In this document: positions 59,261-64,000 of the stretch, piece by piece
How the letters are laid out: every line of letters begins with the position of its first letter
Position numbering within the stretch: the stretch's first letter is position 1
DNA from: a candidate division Kazan bacterium RIFCSPHIGHO2_01_FULL_44_14
GTDB lineage: Bacteria; Patescibacteriota; Kazan-3B-28
NCBI GenBank assembly: GCA_001771185.1
Contig: METB01000001.1
Span: forward strand, 439,200-503,199
Length of the DNA stretch: 64,000 nt
Reading direction: 5' to 3'
Translations under genes and position numbers: made by a program
Notes under the pieces: model-generated
The model's database searches: none
What the model was told of the DNA's origin: nothing
The model's input: only the letters and a program-made list of their open reading frames with translations

Positions 59261-59800
59261 TTATTTACTCGGTTGTTCCGGTTCGTGCCATTCGATGCCG
59301 AAGTCCTTGAGAAGCTTTTTTATTTCGAACGGAGACATCTCCAAGTGGTCTATAATCTGTAAAGTGTGTTTGGTACAAACAGGCATAAAATAATGCCTGA
59401 ATGCTTTCCAATACTTCATCTTGCGAAAGGCCTCGTCGATTGGGACTTCGGTAGCTTCATCAATAGTCTCAGATATATCATCCTTGCTTACTTTGTCCCC
59501 TGTACGTCGATTCAGTAAGTAGTTCATCAATCTATCGGGGAGGGATTGATAATGAAACTTTTGGATCTCCTTGTCTATCTCTAATGCGTCAATAACTAAG
59601 AAAAGTTTGCATCCTCTCTTGACCAACTTAACCATTGCTGGTTTCCCATCAGTAGCTTCTTCGACGGAACGATAGATAATAACTGGTGGATGGTTCGGTT
59701 CGTAGCAAGCCTTTTTTATATTGCCCCGTTGAGCCCATAAGATTGTCTGGATAAAGACCTCGAGCTCTTTTTTGTGGTTTGGTTTTGTGGGTACCTTCAT
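59261..59800 (-). CDS. hypothetical protein
   Basis: 179 aa ORF with AGGAGG SD; hairpin at 59213-59238 downstream. Confidence 0.6.
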   Translation of the reverse strand: MKVPTKPNHKKELEVFIQTILWAQRGNIKKACYEPNHPPVIIYRSVEEATDGKPAMVKLVKRGCKLFLVIDALEIDKEIQKFHYQSLPDRLMNYLLNRRTGDKVSKDDISETIDEATEVPIDEAFRKMKYWKAFRHYFMPVCTKHTLQIIDHLEMSPFEIKKLLKDFGIEWHEPEQPSK

Positions 59801-60059
59801 TTTGTCCTCCTAATCTTAAGCTGATATAAAAAATCCCTAAATCGAAAGCAGTTACATCAGTAACCTGACTTTCGCTTTTCTAGGGGTTTCCTTACTCAGC
59901 GAAAGAAACAGACAGTTTCTTCAATATCGAATTGTGACTCTACATTGAGATTGTACAACCGCATCATAATGGATGTCAAATGGCCGTCCGTGACAAGGTT
60001 ATCACCTAGAGGCAAGAGTATAATGGTTAAGAGCAGATGCTCTTAATTTTTTGAGACTT

Positions 60060-62504
60060 ATGATGTTTGGAACTGTAGATATTAAAATCAGACCCCTGAA
60101 ATTCGCTTGCCTCGTAGACCCTAAAAGCTCCAAGCAGACACGAGCGGCTATCAGGCTGTGTTCCAGTCTCTGGGGAGGGGCTTATTTTCCCATTATCCCT
60201 ATTTATAAAAAGATGCCGACATCGTGGCGGGGAGACCAATTGAAATTTGGCCCAGCGAGCAAAGTAGTCACAGGATATATCGAGGCATTTGACCCGGACA
60301 TTTTAATCCAATTTTCCGACAAGATACCAAAATACATAACCAAATTGGGACTTGAAATTGTTCAACCGAATGAAGTATGGTCACCATTAAAAGACGACTA
60401 TTCGCATCCACGTTTCGGGATAGGAATTTTTGAAATTCTTAGCGACGTTTTCCGGGAATATTTTAAGTACCAAGTAAAGTACCCAGTAAAGGTGTTCTTG
60501 CCCAAAATACCTACTCAACTTTCTCTATTTTGGGCTAGCTTGTTTGGAGAGCTGTCATCAGATATTACAGCAATAGTAGATCGGGATTATTCTGAGCCAC
60601 TTGCGGTGGAGAAAGTGAGTAATGTCATAGATCGTCTGTCGGAAGTAATGGCTTCTGATGGTATATTCCCAAGACGCTTAACGCAGTGGGGTTTGACTCC
60701 GTATGGTGGGTCTGCTCGTAGAAATGCCGCTGTCTTTTTTATGGATGCTACCAAAGTGGAGGACATAGTAGATTTTTGGAATTTGCGAGCTATTGGTATG
60801 GATGTCATGCCAGTCCCCAAACAGCTTTCTGACAATTCACAGCTACACGACTTGGTAGCTAATTTTTTCAAAAATCATCGGATCCCATGGAAACACAACA
60901 AGGAAGTTTGTGATTATGCGTCCATTATTAGGGCTGGGCACTGCACGATGGAAGAAGTGCAGGAATACGCTAAGACCTTCCAATTGCAACCCGAACCCAA
61001 CGATCCTTCTAGGGATGGATTCTTTTCGTTACAACACTGGTATCCCCGAATTTGGGATGAGTGGGCTAGGGATAGGGATGGGGCTAACCCAAGAGATATA
61101 TTAGGCGAAGAAGAGCATAGTATCGATATTTCTGATGCCAAGGCATTAAAATTACACTTGCCTGCGATTTGGCCTAAGTTTGCTTTTAGAAAGTTCGGGT
61201 ATGGCGACCCAAGGTGTGTTAATGAGGTGAGTTTGCGATTTTACGGTGCTGAAGAATATATAGCCGAGGCTTTTCCCAAATTATCCGGAGACAACTTTAA
61301 CCGAGCAATCTCTGGGAGATTTTCGATGATGGGAGACTGGCGAATAGGAAGGAATGGATTGGTCAGGCTCGTGAAGGATGATCGAATTGACACTAGAGAT
61401 ATTCCTGCCGCTGAAGATATTATGTTGGCATGGATTAAAGATCAGGGATGGGATGATCCTAAGTTATCTACTCCCGGTCTTTTGGCCAAGCGAATATATG
61501 AAATATTAGAAGGTCATCCGAAGTCTTTGGCAAATGAAAAACTTCTTGGTCTGCTGGAGCATATGAACGGCGGGCTAGTTAAAAAAGATGGTACTCCAGC
61601 AGAAAAGACCAAACTTAGTAATGAACGAGAACTCTCTTCTGCTGAGCTTAAGGAGCGATTGGGCGTGGGTCTATATGAATATCTTGTTGGGCGTGGGATT
61701 TTTAAGATAGGATTGCGAATACAATGTCCAAATTGTTCCAGAAACTCCTGGTTTCCAATGGACAACTTGCGAGATCAATTAACCTGTCCGCTGTGTCTAT
61801 CCGTCTTCCCAGCCATCGGGCACGTTGATGATAAGAGCAGTTGGTGCTATAAAACATCGGGTCCTTTCAGTGTGCCTGGATATGCAGACGGAGCCTTTGC
61901 GGTGTTGCTTGCCGTAGATTTTTTCGATGATCAATTGTCTAATTTACACACAACTCCCATTCTTAGCTTTACTGCCAAAGCATCAGGGAAGAAGGATTTA
62001 GAGGCAGATTTTGCTTTATTGTGGCAAGAAGCTGCCTATGGGGAGAATGAGGAGGGGGTTATATTTGGCGAATCAAAAACTTATGGACAGTTCAAGAAGA
62101 AAGATTTTGATAGGATGCGATTTTTGGCAAAAACATTTCCGGGAGCAATTTTGGTGTTTAGTACACTGCGGAAATCGTTGACTCATGAGGAGCTGACAGC
62201 AATAGCAAGTATTGCCAAAAGAGGGCGAAGATACTGGAAGGCTGATCGTCCTATCAACCCGGTATTAGTCTTAACGGGGGCAGAGATGTTGGCACACTAC
62301 CGACCTCCGTATTGTTGGAGCGAGACTTTGCAGAAGAAATTTGGACATCTCAGTGGTCTGCTAAGCATTTGCAACGCAACCCAGCAAATTTATCTAAATT
62401 TGCCATCTTGGAGTACGGAGTGGCGTGAGAAGCATGAAAAAAGATTACAGAAAAAGACAAAAAATACTCGTAAGACTAAGGCGACAAAATGTAAGGGCGA
62501 ATAG
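60060..62504 (+). CDS. large hypothetical protein with zinc ribbon and C-terminal PD-(D/E)XK-like motif
   Basis: CPNC..CPLC; EADF..FGESK. Confidence 0.65.
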   Translation: MMFGTVDIKIRPLKFACLVDPKSSKQTRAAIRLCSSLWGGAYFPIIPIYKKMPTSWRGDQLKFGPASKVVTGYIEAFDPDILIQFSDKIPKYITKLGLEIVQPNEVWSPLKDDYSHPRFGIGIFEILSDVFREYFKYQVKYPVKVFLPKIPTQLSLFWASLFGELSSDITAIVDRDYSEPLAVEKVSNVIDRLSEVMASDGIFPRRLTQWGLTPYGGSARRNAAVFFMDATKVEDIVDFWNLRAIGMDVMPVPKQLSDNSQLHDLVANFFKNHRIPWKHNKEVCDYASIIRAGHCTMEEVQEYAKTFQLQPEPNDPSRDGFFSLQHWYPRIWDEWARDRDGANPRDILGEEEHSIDISDAKALKLHLPAIWPKFAFRKFGYGDPRCVNEVSLRFYGAEEYIAEAFPKLSGDNFNRAISGRFSMMGDWRIGRNGLVRLVKDDRIDTRDIPAAEDIMLAWIKDQGWDDPKLSTPGLLAKRIYEILEGHPKSLANEKLLGLLEHMNGGLVKKDGTPAEKTKLSNERELSSAELKERLGVGLYEYLVGRGIFKIGLRIQCPNCSRNSWFPMDNLRDQLTCPLCLSVFPAIGHVDDKSSWCYKTSGPFSVPGYADGAFAVLLAVDFFDDQLSNLHTTPILSFTAKASGKKDLEADFALLWQEAAYGENEEGVIFGESKTYGQFKKKDFDRMRFLAKTFPGAILVFSTLRKSLTHEELTAIASIAKRGRRYWKADRPINPVLVLTGAEMLAHYRPPYCWSETLQKKFGHLSGLLSICNATQQIYLNLPSWSTEWREKHEKRLQKKTKNTRKTKATKCKGE

Positions 62505-62509
62505 ATATC

Positions 62510-63424
62510 ATGGATCAAAAGCGTAGCCAGAAGCACCATTATTTGCCAGTTAACTATCTTAATGGTTTTACTGACGACCAAGGTCTTTTCTTCGTTTATG
62601 ATAAAAAAGAGGACCAAATTGTTCAGAAGGCGGTCACGCCAAAGTCGGTATTTTTTGAGAACAATCTCAACACCATAGCATTAAAAGATGAGTGTTCAGA
62701 TTTCCTTGAGGGTCTCTATACCCAAACGGAGAATATATTGTGGGCTCCTTTTGAAACTATCAGACGATCCAAGTCTACTGATCAGATCCAACCTCTAGAC
62801 AGAATGCATTTGTACCTTTTTCTTACATTGCTGTACTGGAGGTTGCCCAGCAATTTCAATCAGGTAAAGAGCTTTTCAAGTAAAGCATTTGCCCACAATA
62901 ATGAAATCGATTACTTTCAGCTAAAATCTCGTAATGGGGATGTCTCCAATGAGATGATTGAGCAGATGAGAGGGTCAGAGTCGTTTAATAAATCAGTAAG
63001 ACTGATACTTCCATTTGCTCCATTCCTTAAGAACAAGGAGTGGTTTTTGTCAGTTGTGAAATGGAAGTTCGTCTATATAGAGCCGAATACGACAGCTTTT
63101 ATTACTGGAGATAATCCGATTATTCTCAAGGATGAGAGTGGTGAGGCCGTTGATCCGCTGGGCGAATTTATTTTTCCGATATCTAGTAATATTCTGTTAG
63201 CGAATTGCGACCATGCTATCAAAAAGGAGTTGGATCCAGCATTCGTTCTACAGGCCAACATTGCAATCATGGAAAATGCCAAGCGGTTTGTAATTTGCCG
63301 GAGCAAAGAATTTCTTCAGGGGTTAGTTAAATACTACAAAATATATAGTCAATACGGGAAAACTCCAACGATAGCGCCAGAGGTATTTGCTATGCTTATA
63401 GATACAGAGCTGGAGTATAAATAG
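62510..63424 (+). CDS. DUF4238 family protein
   Basis: HHYLP..YL..F, FITGDNP, FPIS. Confidence 0.85.
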   Translation: MDQKRSQKHHYLPVNYLNGFTDDQGLFFVYDKKEDQIVQKAVTPKSVFFENNLNTIALKDECSDFLEGLYTQTENILWAPFETIRRSKSTDQIQPLDRMHLYLFLTLLYWRLPSNFNQVKSFSSKAFAHNNEIDYFQLKSRNGDVSNEMIEQMRGSESFNKSVRLILPFAPFLKNKEWFLSVVKWKFVYIEPNTTAFITGDNPIILKDESGEAVDPLGEFIFPISSNILLANCDHAIKKELDPAFVLQANIAIMENAKRFVICRSKEFLQGLVKYYKIYSQYGKTPTIAPEVFAMLIDTELEYK

Positions 63425-63425
63425 T

Positions 63426-63611
63426 ATGCAACTCACTGATAAAGAAATAGTCGAATTTCAGCGAATTTACGAGAAGGAGTTTGGAGTCAAAATTAGCAAG
63501 CAGGATGCTCTTGAACAGGGTACGAAGCTACTAGTTTTGATGAAAGCCATTTACCAACCCATCCCATCACAAGGCCATAAAATCCCTCAAAAATCCAGTC
63601 CAAAACAGTAG
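63426..63611 (+). CDS. small conserved-looking helical protein
   Basis: MQL....I.EFQ.IY...FG..IS...A.EQG.KL pattern, recalled from recombinase-linked CPR loci. Confidence 0.65.
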   Translation: MQLTDKEIVEFQRIYEKEFGVKISKQDALEQGTKLLVLMKAIYQPIPSQGHKIPQKSSPKQ

Positions 63612-63734
63612 GCCCTGCCACTGTCTCATTTGTCTCATTTTCTCCTATGGGTTCTACAACTGACCCACTTGCCCGAGCTCCTTTTCAAAAGCCCCAAATT
63701 ATCTCCTTAGGAATGCAATCCGAACCGAGCTGTT

Positions 63735-63770
63735 GAGCCAAATGAAAACGAGTCAAATGACCGAGGTGCC
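63735..63770 (+). repeat. 36-bp direct repeat, copy 2
   Basis: 34/36 identical to 43108-43143. Confidence 0.88.
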
Positions 63771-63838
63771 TATTTCGGTCAATTTGCCGTTGGCTGAAGC
63801 GATTGAGCGAGAATATCAGCAGGTTCAACTGCTTCTGT

Positions 63839-63870
63839 AACCGTCTCCTTGGGAAAGAGGCGGTTTTTTT
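63839..63870 (+). terminator. intrinsic terminator
   Basis: aaccgtctc..gaggcggtt hairpin followed by T tract. Confidence 0.65.
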
Positions 63871-63880
63871 AAGTGACAAT

Positions 63881-63910
63881 AGTTCGGACTTCCTGTAGCC
63901 AACGGAGCCA
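63881..63910. other. putative attR-like junction with orphan integrase tail
   Basis: CGGAGCCA equals last 8 nt of tRNA-Asn; minus strand reads WLRWLQEVRTIVT*. Confidence 0.6.
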
Positions 63911-64000
63911 ACTAAGACAGTTATCGAACTCCTCCTTTGGGGTGACGAAAGTCGAAATGACCTAGATGGGTTGTTTTGGTTTACTCCTTAAAATGGTTCT

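Noticed and set aside
63699-63740. Third orphan integrase tail at core 63735
   Set aside because: The frame reads WLNSSVRIAFLRR* and lacks the GTTC/RT motif at the expected spacing.
43108-63770. 36-bp repeat as a CRISPR repeat
   Set aside because: Only two copies 20.6 kb apart, no spacer array and no cas1/cas2.
157-63879. Numerous 60-170 aa ORFs overlapping confident genes
   Set aside because: Antisense or alternate-frame shadows with no recognisable motifs.
1-64000. Recoded TGA (genetic code 25)
   Set aside because: Core genes are full length under code 11, and TGA ends leuS and clpC at expected positions.

Overview
Bacterial chromosome segment, translation table 11, most likely Patescibacteria/CPR (inferred from gene families and repeat style). 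Positions 1-33.4 kb are housekeeping (PMM/PGM, trpS, leuS, dnaE, rplS-rnhB-yraN, nusA, clpC, ychF, efp, rpsF-ssb-rpsR, dnaG, rpoD, tRNA-Ala, tRNA-Ser). They are peppered with GTCAT-tagged palindromes and 7/9-mer tracts, some in frame inside genes. At 33474-34110 a tRNA-Asn(GTT) is split between anticodon positions 35/36 by a 562-nt group I intron encoding an HNH endonuclease. Its 3' end (GGAGCCA) starts about 30 kb of integrated DNA. Element A (about 9 kb) carries a large serine recombinase (LSR), an AlwI-like RM system, a Rep-like gene and an Ntn protease. A second region carries another LSR, type III RM with an embedded HEPN-like gene, a Pif1 helicase, DUF2779, two tRNAs and a capsid-less terminase module. 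Top observation: the att site lies inside the 3' end of the LSR gene. The integrated enzyme ends in a tail read antisense from the tRNA/intron, while an in-frame alternative tail waits at attR, and further orphan att cores and tails lie downstream. All calls are by eye; no searches were run.
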